Assembly: GCF_001194135.2 (NCBI RefSeq)
Contig: NC_068981.1
Location: 65,249,795 to 65,313,794 of the forward strand
Source of the DNA: Octopus bimaculoides
Lineage: Eukaryota
Length of the DNA: 64,000 bases
Reading direction: 5' to 3'
In this document: piece after piece, positions 36,803-51,078 of the stretch
Layout: each line of letters opens with the position of its first letter
How positions within the stretch are numbered: the first letter of the stretch is position 1
Notes under the pieces: generated by a model
Told to the model about the DNA's origin: nothing
The model's database searches: none
The model's input: the letters and a program-made list of their open reading frames with translations, nothing else
Made by a program: the position numbers and the translations under genes

Positions 36803-36847
<45 letters not shown>

Positions 36848-38424
36848 TATATGAATGGAAGATAGTGAATCTCTGAAAGTAAAGCAAAGCTTTTTTTCTT
36901 TATTCTGTATCAGCAATGACCTTGAACAAACCATGCAAGATTACATAAAGCCTGGCTTGAATGAATAATACAGAAGAACTATTTGTTGCCGGTATTAACT
37001 ATTGAGTAGAGTGATAAGCCAGCTATTGTTATGACAATCACTTGAACAATCATGACAGGAATTCTCCAGTGGAAGTGTAACAGCTGGGTGAAGGAGAATG
37101 TTAAAAGAACCGAATAGCAGCGCACTCTTTCAATCAAATATTTTAGCCTCTGGCATTTTTGTCTTATGTGTTCCTCCTTCTCATGAGGGTTGGAAAAGAG
37201 AAAGGAACAAGGGTCTCGTTCATATGAATATTTTCTTTTATGTGTTGTATCAAGAATGTGTTCAAGGGGAATTCTCTCTCTTTTTATTTCCATTTTGTTA
37301 AGGTTTTTTCCTCCACTTTTTATGTGGTTAGAGTTGATGAAGAGGAGGCAGTACTCATTGTCTCTTTAAATTTCTTCTTTGTACTGGAATTTGGATAAAT
37401 AGGTATGGTTGATGCATTTACTGTTCACATTGACTGTTCAAGGTTTAATAGAGAGAATGTGTGACTGGGAATTGTAGAAATAGAAACATTGAAATAATAC
37501 AGTTTCTTACGAAGAAGACCAACCTGATTATTTAGAAAAAAATTTAAACACTATTGCACCACTGTCACTGACATTGTAGTAAGCTTTTCAGTGAAGCACA
37601 TTGTGCTATTTGTCTTAGTCACTCTGTTTGGAAATAGGTGTCACACTACTTCATACTGAGGTGGTAGTAGTTTAGCCTGAAGTCAATCTTGATCAAGCAG
37701 ACTTATGATCAAAGGCAATACAGCCATGACTGTGTTTTTCTTTTTCATTTTCCTTTTTACTACATGTCTAATGTGTCCTTTATTGTTTTATTTTTTAAGC
37801 ATGTAATTTGAGTAGTATTCTGTTGGTATTTCTAAATTCCTGGACCAAATAGAATCTCACCCATTAGTTTAATGTTGAAGTAGTAGCAGTTTTAAAAACA
37901 GCATGCAACTGGAATATACTTACTTAACTTTCATTACAGAAAAATCTTAAATTCTCAAGCCAAGGCTATGCAGTATCTTCTTGCTTCTTCTTTATGCATA
38001 TATAGCAAATTCTGCTCTTGAACTTTCTGACTACCCCAGTTTCAGTCAATCTGTTGCATTTGTTTCTCTGTTTATTATCACTTGTGCTCATATTTCTGTT
38101 TGTGCTGAATTTCTTATGTCCTCTGTTTTATGAACTGCTAGCACCCTGGAATTTATTCCAGTGTGTTCGCACATTACACAAACTGTTAATGTTTTAAAAC
38201 ATTAATCTTTCCAATCTTAGTTTCTCTTTCCTTGTAGAGCAGGCAAATCTTTCGGCAATTAGCAAAGAAAGTGGATTGCAGGTTAATTTCAACTGATGGG
38301 CTTGTAGCTATAAATTCAGTTAACTAGTTGTAATAGGCTTACTATATAGACTAAGAAAAGCTATATTTTGATAACATAAGACAGTAGTTTAAGGCCTTGT
38401 TGTTTGTGACCCAATGATAAATGA

Positions 38425-38740
38425 TGGGTAATTCCATGTTCATCCACTGCATGTCCATGGAATATTAATGAGAAAAATCCCCAAAAGACACTTATCTATG
38501 TTCCAGTTTCTGCTATTTTACTTGTAAGTAAATGAAGATGCTTATCAATTGAACTTGTGACAAGTAAGATCATTGATGTTAGCATATATGAAAGTTAAAC
38601 ATCAATAAACCTTTGAAAATTTTGGGCAGTATTTCAAATACCAAATGGCATCTGTAAAAGTTTGTAGAGTTCAAAGGGTTGTGGTGATGGCTGTTTTATG
38701 AATATCTTTTGGATCTACAGGAATCTGATTTTAAACTAAA
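38425..38740 (-). mobile_element. Ty3/Gypsy LTR retrotransposon reverse transcriptase remnant
   Basis: Minus strand: [47 protein letters not shown]...FIYANINDL...LIFHGHAVDEHGI, matching [32 protein letters not shown]...YAYIDDL...FLGH; frameshifted; no LTRs seen. Confidence 0.8.
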
Positions 38741-39798
38741 TCTAAAAACAAACAAAAAAAAAAATTATTGTACCTTAAATAAATCTTGTAAATGTGATAT
38801 TATGTATTTACCAGGAACTATACTGATGTTATATGTCTGATGATCAGCACAAGGACGTAGTCACTTTAAGTTTTTTTCTTTTGTTGGAACTGTGTGTGAG
38901 CTGATAACTAGTTTGGGGCTGGATTGATGAGTAGTGTCAAGTTAAAATATGTAATAGAGCCCCTACTTGAGTATATCTAAACAATCTAGAGAGCAAGGTA
39001 TCAATGTTTGATACTGAGGTCCCTTGCTTTTGATCTGGTGAGTAACACTGACTTTGTGCTCTTCTCATTTCATCATATTCAGTTTCAAATGTGTAAATTA
39101 TTAAGATTATCTTGTCTAAGGAACTAGAACCATTTTTTTTTTCCATTTGAGAATTGTATTTTGTTTAATCAAAGCTCCACTGGAGAATGTTTTGAGTATT
39201 TAATGTGTAATAAAAAGTAATTTTTTAAAAACTTAGAACCTAATCACTTATTTCTCATAAAACTGATGTATGAGCCTTCAGATGTAAATGTAAATGTAAA
39301 CAGCTCAGGTGGTTGCAACTTGAACAGCTCAAACTGGTTAACACTGTCAGAGTTCATTGATATGCAAACCTGTTAATGTGTTAATTTATCCTATCTACTA
39401 ATTTTTCATGGCCCTCAATTATCTAATACGCTCATGCTTATCTCTGATTATTGTAACATCAAGCCAATAAGGTATGAATCATATCCACTAGGATTGGAAG
39501 CTAACCATCAGCAGGTAATTTATGCCACTTTCAGCTTTCTAAAGTGTTACTACTGTTTACTGAGGAAAATTATATAATCTTTCAGTATCTACTTGTTACA
39601 AGGTGGATTGACCCATTGAAAGCTAAGTATCTTCATTTTGAAAGTATCACTTGATGATGAGAATTTGAAGTATTCTACTCTTAATCTCCTGCTATCCTAT
39701 TGGCTTTCTATCCTACCCTAACAGCTCTGTGTTCCACCAGTTTTAGTAAGATGGATCTTTAATCTATGATGTGAATTTTAGGAACAATGACATTTTGT

Positions 39799-39842
<44 letters not shown>

Positions 39843-40821
39843 NNNNNNNNNNNNNNNNNNNNNNNNNNNNNNNNNNNNNNNNNNNNNNNNNNNNNNNNNN
39901 NNNNNNNNNNNNNNNNNNNNNNNNNNNNNNNNNNNNNNNNNNNNNNNNATATTTAAAAGAATTTTTGAAAGTCAGTTTTTTTTTTTTTTAATACATATAT
40001 TTTTTGGAGAAAAAGCCTCTTGAAAATTAATGTCCTCTACTTCTAAGATATGTTTATTCACATATATGTATTGTATCAAGGATATGTTGAAGAGATTTCA
40101 TTTTCTTTATTTTCACTCATAAAGAGGAGAAATGCTGCCTATAAGTCTTTTTCTACAGTGTGTGTGTGTGAGTGTGTGTGATTTTTCTGCTGAGGCCTCA
40201 GATCCTTCGTATTTCATTTATTAATCCTACTGTGTTGCATATGTCACATTTTACAAATAATGTGGGGGGGGGGGAGGTTTAGAGTAGCACTTAGGTAAGG
40301 TTAAGTGATAAGCAGGGTTGTGGTGCTGGAGTTGAAGTATCAGAGTGGGAAGCAGTTATTGCTTTACTGGAGTCATTGTTGATAAAATTATATTGTTTCC
40401 AACTAAATGTAGAGCATAATATAACCTTAACCCATATATACCTCTGGTTGCATTTTCGCAATGCAAAACCTGCTTCTATTTGGACATGAACTCGCCGGGA
40501 AACATCTGACTGAGCATACAAAATGTTTAGTAGGTAGTCAACACCATAACTAACAGTTGTATACTGTCCTTCTCTTCCAGATTGTGAAAGCTTACCATAA
40601 TGTTTAATCTAAATACAGTGAAATTTTTATGGGCATATATGGGTTAAAACTTTCTGTTTTGCTGAGAGTAGTTTGAAAATAATCATGTCAGATATAAGGG
40701 TTTTTATGAAAAAGGTTTTGGCTGAAGCAGTTCTTTTTCTAAGAACACGTTCATAAATTATACATTTGCATCTTTAATTTAATCTCTATTCCATAAATAT
40801 AACACTTCATCATCATAAGTG

Positions 40822-41212
40822 CAGATGTGACTGTGTGGTAAGAAGCTTGCTTCCCAACTATATAGCTCCAGGTTCAGTTCTACTGCCTCGAGCTGACCAA
40901 AGCCTTGTGAGTGGAGTTGGTTGACGGAAACTGAAAGAGGCCCGTGGTGTATGTATGTGTGTGTGTGTGTGCGCGCGTGCACACACACACACATACACCA
41001 CGGGCGCACACACACACATGCATGTCTTTGTGTCTGTTTCTCCCCACCACTGCTTGACAACTGGCATTGGCATGCTTATGTCCCTGTAACATAGTGGTTC
41101 AGCAAGAGAGATTAATAGAATAGATTCCAGGCTTAAAAAGAAAAAGATGAGTACTGGGGTAGCTTCATTTGACTAAAAATTCTTCTAGTCAGTGCCCCAG
41201 CATGGCCATTGT
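40822..41212 (+). mobile_element. SINE family A with internal deletion
   Basis: CTGTGTGGTAAGAAGC...GACCAAAGCCTTGTGAGTGG...central (GT/CA)n...CCCCAGCATGGCC. Confidence 0.75.
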
Positions 41213-43039
41213 AAAAAAAGATTAAAAAATATAAAAAATATCTTCATCATTTACATCTCCTTTTGGGTTGGATGGTTCATCATGGTCTGAATCATTTTTC
41301 AGTTTCTTTACTAAATGTTGTAAGAATAAAGTTGTCAATATCTTACAACAATTTTAAAATTTTATTTAATGTTATGTTTCATATTACTTTCATTTCAATT
41401 TTATATTCAATGTTTTAATCATCAAAAGGAAGGATTATAAATTGTATCTAGTTGAGTTTATTTCTTTTTAAATGTTCAATTATGTTGCTTTAAGTGTTCA
41501 GTCTTTTACTTTTAACTGTGATCTGCTTTAGATCTTTGAACTGGTAAACAATGATATTTATGATGTTCTTTTATAGTATTTTTATAGTTTATTTCTTATA
41601 TATCTTTTTACTTTATAGCCTTTTGGTTAAAAAGCTTCTTTGTTCATTTTGAAAATTAATTGTTAGTAAATTCTTAAATAAATAATATAAAAAACTGCAA
41701 CAGCATATTTGTAGCTTTTAAACCCAAACTTTAACAGATTAGAGCACTAAAATGTGGCCTGATGATTCACTTTGGCCATGTATGCTGTATAGGATTAATC
41801 TAATTACAAATGGAGGAGCTGGGAGTGCAGTGGTACCATAAATTGAGGAACTGGATTCAAAGATTTTGTGTTCTGATTCCACAGCCCTGTTAGCATAAGG
41901 CTTAAATTATCATTTTATCAGGTAATGTAGGATTAGAACTAACCATTTAACATTTTTTTTTCTTCACCCTAACCAGAGTAAAAGAGGTTTAAAGGAAAAG
42001 TGGCTTGAGAGGAATAGAGCTTTAGGAACAGGAATTTAGATAGGGACAAAGCAGAAGATGGCATGTATTGATCAACTGTTGCCAGTCAGCATAAGAAAGA
42101 TATAGATAAAAATAAAAAGTACAGGTGAAAATGTGAATTGTGATGAGTTTAATGGCTTATTCATGCGAAAATTATTTCATGCCTCACTTATTTACCATCC
42201 AATTTTTAAATCTCTGTTGCTATTTTATTTATTTATTTGTTTATTATTTTTTTTTTTGTTACTAAACCCTGCCTCCCTATTCCTAAAACTAGGTCAAACC
42301 TAATTCCTGGATTTAAGTAACTGCCGTCCCTCTAAAATTTCTGCAGGATCACATGCTTCGAAATACTGATACTTCTTACTTTCAGTTACAATTTTAGATA
42401 TTTGATTATTAAAATACTTTTACTTTGTTGTTAACTCTTTGCTGAAATTTTTTTGTTCTTTTTTGTTTTCATTAAGTGTTGCAATAAAGTTGTTTTAGCT
42501 GCACCCCCTCCTCTGGTTAACATTAATGAACCCTCCTCTCTATCAACATATGTTAACTGCAGCATGTATCAGATACTCAACTTTCTCTGCAATCATTGAA
42601 GCCTACACCAAAGGAATTGACCTAAATTTCATGGTTACTTAAAAATCTATAATTCTTAAATAGTCACCCTCACGCACCCACCTACCCATTCACTCCTTTC
42701 AAAACTAACAACATCAACAACAAATATATCTTGTTAGGCTGATCAATAAATATCTGCATGATTGGTACTTAAGATTGTCAGAAAATATGGTTTCATATAT
42801 ACATGTGTGTGTGTATAAGTTTGTATAATTTTTAACTGAACTGTTTTGTTCAGTTTTTTTCCTTTTCGCTCTATTCTCCACCTCCTCCTGGTAGAATTTC
42901 TCTTGCTACACATGCAATGGTGCATGTTAGTGAAGAGGTCTATTTTCTTGATATATATAATTTTCTAAACTGTGAAATAATTCATATGTTGCCTGCTTAA
43001 AACAACCAACTTCCTCTATTTGTCTTGTAACTAAGTGTG

Positions 43040-43730
43040 GAAATTCCAGAAATATTGTACAATTATTTGTGGGATGAAGGCAGAGTGGAAGAGCCAACTA
43101 ATGACTATATCAAATCTCATATTCATTTGCACTTGCGTAAAAGTCCGTTACAAAAATCTGGAACTGCCTTCTCATTAACTGAGTAAGCAATCTTGAAAAT
43201 CTTAATCCGTTTAAAACAAAAAAAAAAAATGAAGAAAAATAAAGAGAAATTGCTAATCTAATCACTAGATACATGTTTAATGAACTGTTATTGACATTGA
43301 TATCAAAATTAATTGCAAAGTAGTATTTAAAATTTCTTCTGTTGGTAAGCTAGAAATCAAACATTGGACCTTAATTATACTAATAGATTAGGTTAAGTGT
43401 TTACTGTATAATATATCTGTTGGAATTCAATCTCTGCTGTAATGACTATTGATCTAAAAATCCTATATATTACAGAATCTTCAAGTGCTTAATAACTTCC
43501 TCCATTTGCATTTTTCTCATTTTGTCTCTGTCCCATAAGTACCTCTGCCACAACCAACAATACCAATACATTGTTTTTCTCTAACTTCTGTATAAATGTG
43601 AGAAAGTTCTGTTGGCTCCATTTTGCAATGCCATACAAAATATTTTGGAGTTTTTCTTTTTCAATCATCGTATCCGTTCTGTATATAATCAATAGGTTGT
43701 TTAGCAGTTGTTGGTTTACCTAATCTAAAT
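43040..43730 (-). mobile_element. Old CR1/L2-type LINE RT remnant
   Basis: LLNNLLIIYRTDTMIEKEKLQNILYGIAKWSQQNFLTF resembles (Y/F)ADD.KIYR...LQ.DL..I..WS..N.L.FN; FIPQIIVQYFWNF near 43050-43100 resembles the LINE ORF2 end. Confidence 0.5.
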
Positions 43731-44107
43731 GTGGTTTTTATTGTTTTGGTTTTCATTCATTTTGGTTCTTCTTGTTAATCATTAAAGATTGATTAGTCAA
43801 GAAAGGTGTATTTTTAATGAGACCAAGTGTAGGAATGGTTGAGGTTTTAACATAATCAACATTTAAAGATTAATCAGTTTGGTGAAAATTTAATACACAC
43901 ACACACATACACACACTCACACATAGTTAAAAGTTTCTAATCCAGAGAAGTGAACCCAGGATATACTCATCGGATAAAATGTAGTGAAATTGCTTACTTC
44001 CAATAATTCTAGGTGTTCATTACAACTTGATGAAGTTAGCCTTAATCTGGATTATAACTAAGTATTTGAAAGGTACCCATCTAGATATTGTATCCCTATC
44101 TATTCAC

Positions 44108-44138
<31 letters not shown>

Positions 44139-44786
44139 GTGTCAGAAATCTAATAGAATGGAGGTGATTTTGGTATTGTGAACTAGATTGGTCTGCAGCG
44201 TTCTAGATTCCATGTTGTATTAACATAGAATACTTTGAGAGAGTGGCAAGTACATATATAGGAATAGCTGTTGAGACCCAAGTCACTCCTTTCTGAGGAG
44301 AGTTAGGATCACATACATTCCAACTATAACCATCTTATGTTTTGGGGCATTATGTATTTAGGACTACAATTATTCAATGTGTCCTTCCTTTTCCAAACAG
44401 TGGGGTGTAATTTGAGGAAGATTTAGTTGTTACTTTATACAGTTCAAGCAATCTTTTCATTGACATTCCCTCATTGTTGGGTATAGCTTTGTAGCTAATA
44501 GGAGAATACTGAACAGGTCCTTTGACTAGATTCTTAACTGGAAGAGAACGGTGTGGAATAAACCATATAGCATTTTTATAGTATTTGGTTTAACCTATTC
44601 TGAGTTCGGTGGCTAGTGGCTACTTCTTATCCTTTAACATAGAGTAAGTAACCGACATGTACTTATGTTGGTTCAGTTGACTAGAACTCTCACCTCTACC
44701 AATTGGTGGTAATTTTGGCAATATTTTGAATTTCAAATTGAATGGCAAAATGCAATAATATTGGAAATATGATAATTATAATTTCC

Positions 44787-44814
<28 letters not shown>

Positions 44815-44819
<5 letters not shown>

Positions 44820-45529
44820 GAGGTGGCAAGCTTGCAGAATCATTAACTGCCAGACAAAATGCCTAACATTTCTTCTGGATTTATATTCTGAGTTCAAATG
44901 TCACCAAGGTCAACTTTGCCTTTCATGCTTTCAAGGTCAATAAAATAAGTATCAGTTAAGTAGTGGGACTGATGTTATCAAGTGACCCCCCCCCCACCCT
45001 CAAAATTTCAGGCCTTGCACTTATAGTAGAAAGAAGTGTTAATAATAATTTGAAAAACTGATGCAGTGAGGGGTATCTCAACAAATTCTGTATGAATAAC
45101 ATTTATGTTATTGACATCAGAAGGATAAAGGATAAAGTTAACCTAAGCAGAATTTGTACTCAGAACATAAGCAGAAGTAACTAAATACCAGATTATTTTG
45201 TCTGATATATTTCAAATAATGATGATCTCATTTTAGTAATAATGACGATCTCATAGTATTTAGTACATTTTAGGGAGAGTATGGTTGATTAAATAAAACC
45301 TATTATTGATGATGATGATTTTATATTGTATTTTGACAGCAAGAGCATCATTGGTTACAAGCTTCTGAAGGACCAGTAACTGGTTCATTGCTTTTGTGAT
45401 CATGTGTGTGACAAGGGCTGTTTGTGTAACTTGGATTGAATAAATGTCAAAAGAGACTAGATTTGAAATTGCCTGGTTATTAGTTTTCTTGCTGTTGTAT
45501 ATCACTAAAAGATATACATACATGCATTA

Positions 45530-45567
<38 letters not shown>

Positions 45568-46375
45568 TTTGTGTGTGTGTGTTTCTGTGTATGTATACAC
45601 ACTTTTATTGATATATGACTGGCTCCCACTTGTTTCTTGTCTACCAATTTTCCTTATCTGTCTGGGTATAGAAGACACTTTCCCAAGCACCATGCAGTAA
45701 GATTGAAGCAAGAATCATGGCATTGCAAAGCAAACTTCTTTACCATACAACCATGCTTATATGCCTATGTGACTTACACTTATTTATGAACCCTGGCAAG
45801 ATGAAAGACGAAGTCAATTCCAACAGGATTCAAACTCAGAATCTAAAGGAATATCATGACTAAATACCACAACACCTTTTGTGTGGCACTCTATCTATTC
45901 TGCTATTCGCCAGCATTGATAATGTTTATAATAATGATCTCTAACATTGATACAAGGCTACACATTTTGGAACTACATCAATCCCATCATCCATGATGAA
46001 TATCAACCATGTCGATCTCACTAGTTTACTAAGAAGATCTGCAAACGTCGTAGTACTGCCTCTCCACTTCTATCTATTTTATCAATTCTCAGAAGGATGA
46101 AAGGCAAAGTTGGTTCCAGTGGGATTAATAATAATGGTGATTATTGAAATAATAATCATAAAAAGGTGATAGAATTTCAGAATCAGTAGTGCACTGGACT
46201 AAATACTCCACTGTATTTAGTATTGTTCATTAACGTTCAAATCCTGTCTTTCATCTTTCCCTGAGGGTCGTTAAAGTAAGCACCAGGCGTGTACTAGCGT
46301 TAATTCAAAGTGACTGTTCTTCCTGCTCTCATACTACAAATTTGTGGCCTTGTGCCAATATAAGGAATCATGATT
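44815..46375. mobile_element. Cluster of five decayed SINE family B copies in mixed orientation
   Basis: +44820-45040, -45090-45210, -45780-45920, -45935-46120, +46150-46370; each has the GAGTTCAAA / TTTGCCTTTCATCC block or its reverse complement; boundaries approximate. Confidence 0.65.
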
Positions 46376-46675
46376 ATATACAATGTTTGAAGTCCTAGAA
46401 ATGTCTTTCACATGTGCACATTCATATATATATATATATATATATATATTGTACACTTAGGTTCTGAGCATATCTGTCCTTCTATATATATATATCTCTC
46501 TGTGTCTATTATGCATATACATATTCACATATAGAGACAGGCATGAATTCATTGACATGAATACATATGCACCCATAGATTTATGCTCACATTTTCATGC
46601 CCAAATGCACATTTATACCAAGTTTGACCACACACACACAGACACACTGTCTCTCTCTCTTTCTCTCTCTCTCTT

Positions 46676-46718
<43 letters not shown>

Positions 46719-47146
46719 NNNNNNNNNNNNNNNNNNNNNNNNNNNNNNNNNNNNNNNNNNNNNNNNNNNNNNNNNNNNNNNNNNNNNNNNNNNNNNNNNN
46801 NNNNNNNNNNNNNNNNNNNNNNNNNNNNNNNNNNNNNNNNNNNNNNNNNNNNNNNNNNNNNNNNNNNNNNNNNNNNNNNNNNNNNNNNNNNNNNNNNNNN
46901 NNNNNNNNNNNNNNNNNNNNNNNNNNNNNNNNNNNNNNNNNNNNNNNNNNNNNNNNNNNNNNNNNNNNNNNNNNNNNNNNNNNNNNNNNNNNNNNNNNNN
47001 NNNNNNNNNNNNNNNNNNNNNNNNNNNNNNNNNNNNNNNNNNNNNNNNNNNNNNNNNNNNNNNNNNNNNNNNNNNNNNNNNNNNNNNNNNNNNNNNNNNN
47101 NNNNNNNNNNNNNNNNNNNNNNNNNNNNNNNNNNNNNNNNNNNNNN

Positions 47147-47217
<71 letters not shown>

Positions 47218-48516
47218 ACAAAGCTGAAATGACTAAGTGATTTTAGTTATTGGGCTACCAAGTTCATTCATTGGTCTTAAGTTCAAATTTATTGCAAGCA
47301 TTTTGTAGTGTATTTGGGCTATGGAGTGTGAAAAGCAGTAGAGAGGAGAATCAGAGCTTAGAAGAGAGAATGGCTGAATTGAAGGGGAGGAAGAAGGAGA
47401 GAGAAAAAGAGAGTGACTGATATTGAATAGAGTAAGGAGTTGAGTAGGGGGTAGACGGATAGTGATGTGGTGTGAGGAAGAGAAGACAGGTAAATAGAAG
47501 TGAAAAGAAGACTGAAGTAGAAAGTGAGTGAAGGGGGCTCATGTAGTGGTGAAGTAGGAGCAAAATGTTGTTAGCTCTCCACCTCCCTGGATAACCCCGG
47601 TTCAACAAATCTATGATCAAAGGCATTCCAGCCTACAAACATCTTGTCTTTTTTAAGGGTGTCTACGATTATATTTTCCAATATGGCTGCCCTATTTTTT
47701 AAAAATGATAGGGTGTGATTTGAGAGAGATTTAGCTGCTATTTCTGTTGGCTGAAAGAGTGTGTTGAGACTTCCACCTTAGCTTGAGTGGGGTGGTAGCA
47801 TGATTATAGCATTGAAAAAAAAGAGACTGACGTGAAGAGAAAAAGAAGTGGAGCGTGGCTAAGAGAATGTGGTGTAAAGTGAGAGAGAAACAGGTAGTCT
47901 GATGTAGACCATGGGAGGAGGGGACACAGAATAATGTGGAGGGAGCATCTAAGAGGAGAGGAAAGAATGAGAGAATATGATGTAGAGAAGGAATCTGTTA
48001 TATGATGTGGAATGTGAGAGAGGAGAGGCACAAAGAATGATGGAGGGGAGAGTGGGAAGCAGGTAGAGAGTATGTGGTGTAGAGTGAGAGAAAGGAGACA
48101 AACTGAATTAAGAATGGGAGAGAAGAGAAAAAAATGTGAGTGTAGGCTGGAGGTAAGGAATGAATTATGGAACATGAAAGAGTGAATGTATGTATAAAGG
48201 GAAGAGGAAGTAAATTTATGAGAAGGCAGTGTCAGTGTATATTTTTTGTATGTCAATGTGTGTGTGTGTTGTGTATACAAACACTTATAGTTACATGAAT
48301 ATATTCATATATTCATTCATTCATTGTAGACTTCAAACGAATAAACCCTGCTACATGTATTGAGTGCTCTTTTCCCCATTTGTATACCCAAACATCTGTG
48401 TGTATATCTATCTATCTATCCTGCCGGCCATCAACTCACCCACACTCATATACACATATATGTGTACATATATATACATAACTCCCTCCACTCTGAGATA
48501 TTTATATGCACATATA

Positions 48517-48910
48517 GGCGCAGGAGTGGCTGTGTGGTAAGTAGCTTGCTTACCAACCACATGGTTCCGGGTTCAGTCCCACTGCGTGGCACTTAGGGCA
48601 AGTGTCTTCTACTATAGCCTCGGGCCGACCAAAGCCTTGTGAGTGGATTTGGTAGACGGAAACTGAAAGAAGCCTGTCGTATATATGTATATATATATAT
48701 GTATGTGTGTTTGTGTGTCTCTGTTTGTCCCCCCAACATCGCTTGNNNNNNNNNNNNNNNNNNNNNNNNNNNNNNNNNNNNNNNNNNNNNNNNNNNNNNN
48801 NGATAGAATAAGTCCTAGGCTTACAAAGAACAAGTCCTGGGGTCGATTTGCTCGACTAAAGGCGGTGCTCCAGCATGGCCGCAGTCAAATGACTGAAACA
48901 AGTAAAAGAG
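48517..48910 (+). mobile_element. SINE family A, young (CpG-rich), spans a small gap
   Basis: GGCGCAGGAGTGGCTGTGTGGTAAG...GGTTCAGTCCCACTGCGTGGC...AAGTAAAAGAG. Confidence 0.88.
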
Positions 48911-49290
48911 TATATAAGTGACCAAGTAGAATGTATTTTCTTTTATGTTTTTAAAATCCCCTTAGCCTTCCTTTTATCTTTTTCTGGTTAATTTGCCAAA
49001 ATAAAGATTTATTCTGGAAGGATCCCCATTATTCATTGATGCTAGAAATTGTTCAGAGAGAATTGGCAAAATCTCTTTTTTTTTTCTTTTTTTTTGTCTT
49101 ACAGCTCATTGTTTTTAGTTCAAATCCCACCTATACTGACTTTGCCTTTTGTTCTTTCAGGGTTAATAAAATAACCCCATAGCTCTCTTCACACACACAC
49201 ATTTTTTTTTCAGCTGTAGTCTGTTAGAAATCATTATTATTGCAACAGTTGTTAATTCCACCAACTCTTCTACCAAATTTATTGTCTTAA

Positions 49291-49516
49291 CCCTTTTGTT
49301 GCCAAGTTTCTGTTGAAACACATTGCTTTTGTTTCATTTAATTTTTAAAATTATAAAAAAAAATTCAGTAAAATAATTTTTATCATTATTAAGCTCATGT
49401 TTGGAACATAAATCAACATGAAATATTGATGGAAGGTTTTAATTTAGATCACTTTCAAACAGGAAGTCTCTATCAAAGAACCAAAAGTAATCTTGTGCAA
49501 GTTGGTAATAAAAGGG
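49291..49516. mobile_element. piggyBac-type MITE family 2 (226 bp)
   Basis: TTAA|CCCTTTTGTTGCCAA ... TTGGTAATAAAAGGG|TTAA: 15-bp TIRs with 2 mismatches and TTAA TSD. Confidence 0.8.
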
Positions 49517-49739
49517 TTAAAATGTTGAAAGGAGACAAATTTTTTCTCCTTTTTTTATTTTGTTTTGTCCTTATATAACTCTTTTTTTCTTCAAATCTTA
49601 TTTGATTTCATTTTATGTTATGCTTTCATTTTTCTTTTATGTATTTATATTTTATTACATTTATAAATAATTTTGTATTTTATTTATTTATGTTGCTTGT
49701 TTAGAGAGAGATTCTGTCTTGGGGAGTGGGGAACTGCCA

Positions 49740-50005
49740 TTGTTAGTAGTAGTAGTAGTAGTAGTAGTAGTAATAATGCTATGTCTACTACTGGTGGTAG
49801 TGGTTGTATCAGCACAATTGTAGTTATAGTTATATTAGTAGTATTGTAGTAGTAGTTGCAGTAGTGATATTAGCAGTATAGTAGTATTAGAGCTATTGTA
49901 GTGTTAGCACTATTGTAGTAGTACTGATACTTTTAGCATTATTGTTGTAGTAGTTGTAGTGTTAGCTACACATTGTAGTAGTAATACTAGTACTTATTGG
50001 TAACC
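49740..50005. repeat. (TAG)n microsatellite decaying into cryptic TAG/TAT-rich repeat
   Basis: Directly visible. Confidence 0.8.
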
Positions 50006-50009
50006 ATAG

Positions 50010-50290
50010 TGAAGACACATGGCTGAGTGGTTAGTGTTGGGCTCACAATCATGAGGTAGTGAGTTCGATTCTTGGACCGGGCTGTATGTATGAGAAAAAC
50101 ACTTTTTTTACGTTGCTCCAGTTCACTCAGCTGTAGAATGTCACTGGTACCAAGTCATTGCCTTTCTCTTGGATAACATCAGTGGCGTGGAGAAGAGGAG
50201 GCTGTTATGCATGGGCAACTGCTGGTCTTCCATAAACAATCTTATCTGGACCTATGCCTTGGAGGGGAACTTTCTAGGTGCAATCCCATG
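50010..50290 (+). mobile_element. tRNA-derived CORE-like SINE
   Basis: TGGCTGAGTGG (A box), GAGTTCGATTC (B box), then TTGCTCCAGTTCACTCAGCTGTAGAATG resembling the CORE domain. Confidence 0.6.
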
Positions 50291-50872
50291 GTTATCATTA
50301 GCAGTATTGTTATTACAACTTGTTGTAAAAAAAAAAATACCCCAAAATGCAATAACCTAATTAGTACACTACATATAAATGAAAATAAAAAAAGAATAAA
50401 ATGATAGCAAAAGTAAATCTCCCAACAACATTTTAAGATTTACAAGAATAAAGTTGGTAGAACACTTCATTTAATTAACAATTATTGTAATAATATATAT
50501 ATTTGGACCATAGACATTCCATGTGTTACTAATGTTGTTTCAATTTTGATGCATGTATGTGTGTGTGTAAGTGTGCATACATGTGTGTACATGAATGTGC
50601 ATGTGTGTGTGTGTGTGTGCGTGTGTGTAGGTTCTGTAGAACAAACAAGATAAATAGAAATTAATGCATAAGTATATATATATATACATTTATTTTAATT
50701 AGTAGAAGTTGCAAAGTGGCTTAAGGGTTGTGAGTTTCTTGCATGGCCCTTGATAAACTGCCATCTATGAAACTCTCAGCCCTTGAATCACTTTATAACT
50801 TCTGCCAATTAAAATAAGATATGTATGTATATATGTATATAAATATTTCTAACAGTGTTCTACTATGTTTAA

Positions 50873-51078
50873 CTCTTTAGCATTTAATCTAGCCATATCT
50901 AGCCCAAATATTCAACCTGTTTCATGTTCAAACAAGCCAATCTGGACTCTTACGCTTATCCTACAATGTCATTCTAAAAATAAACAATCACATCATCAAA
51001 ATCTTGAAGCTTCATTATAATACACGATTAATACAAAATAATCATTGCATTTGGCAGAATAATCAGAATGCTGAAGTG
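50873..51078. mobile_element. piggyBac-type MITE family 1 (206 bp)
   Basis: TTAA|CTCTTTAGCATT ... AATGCTGAAGTG|TTAA; same family as 9003; a right-end-like sequence also lies at ~13040-13071. Confidence 0.75.

Noticed and set aside
36913-37293. Acceptor-like site at 36912 (NDLEQTMQDYIKPGLNE*) and the 104-aa minus-strand ORF
   Set aside because: Phase does not match the phase-1 donor at 25878, no intermediate exon was found and no family is recognisable; left unannotated.
40291-40600. CpG-containing 76-aa minus-strand ORF and strong acceptor at 40580 (would add DCESLP*)
   Set aside because: The + strand reads PLVAF(R)NAKNL, a Penelope-type motif that explains the CpGs. The acceptor leads to a stop within 7 codons and has no other support.
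43050-43692. Exon-like open frames (EILYNYLWDEG... on +; TDTMIEKEKLQN... on -)
   Set aside because: Better explained as an old CR1/L2 RT remnant on the minus strand.
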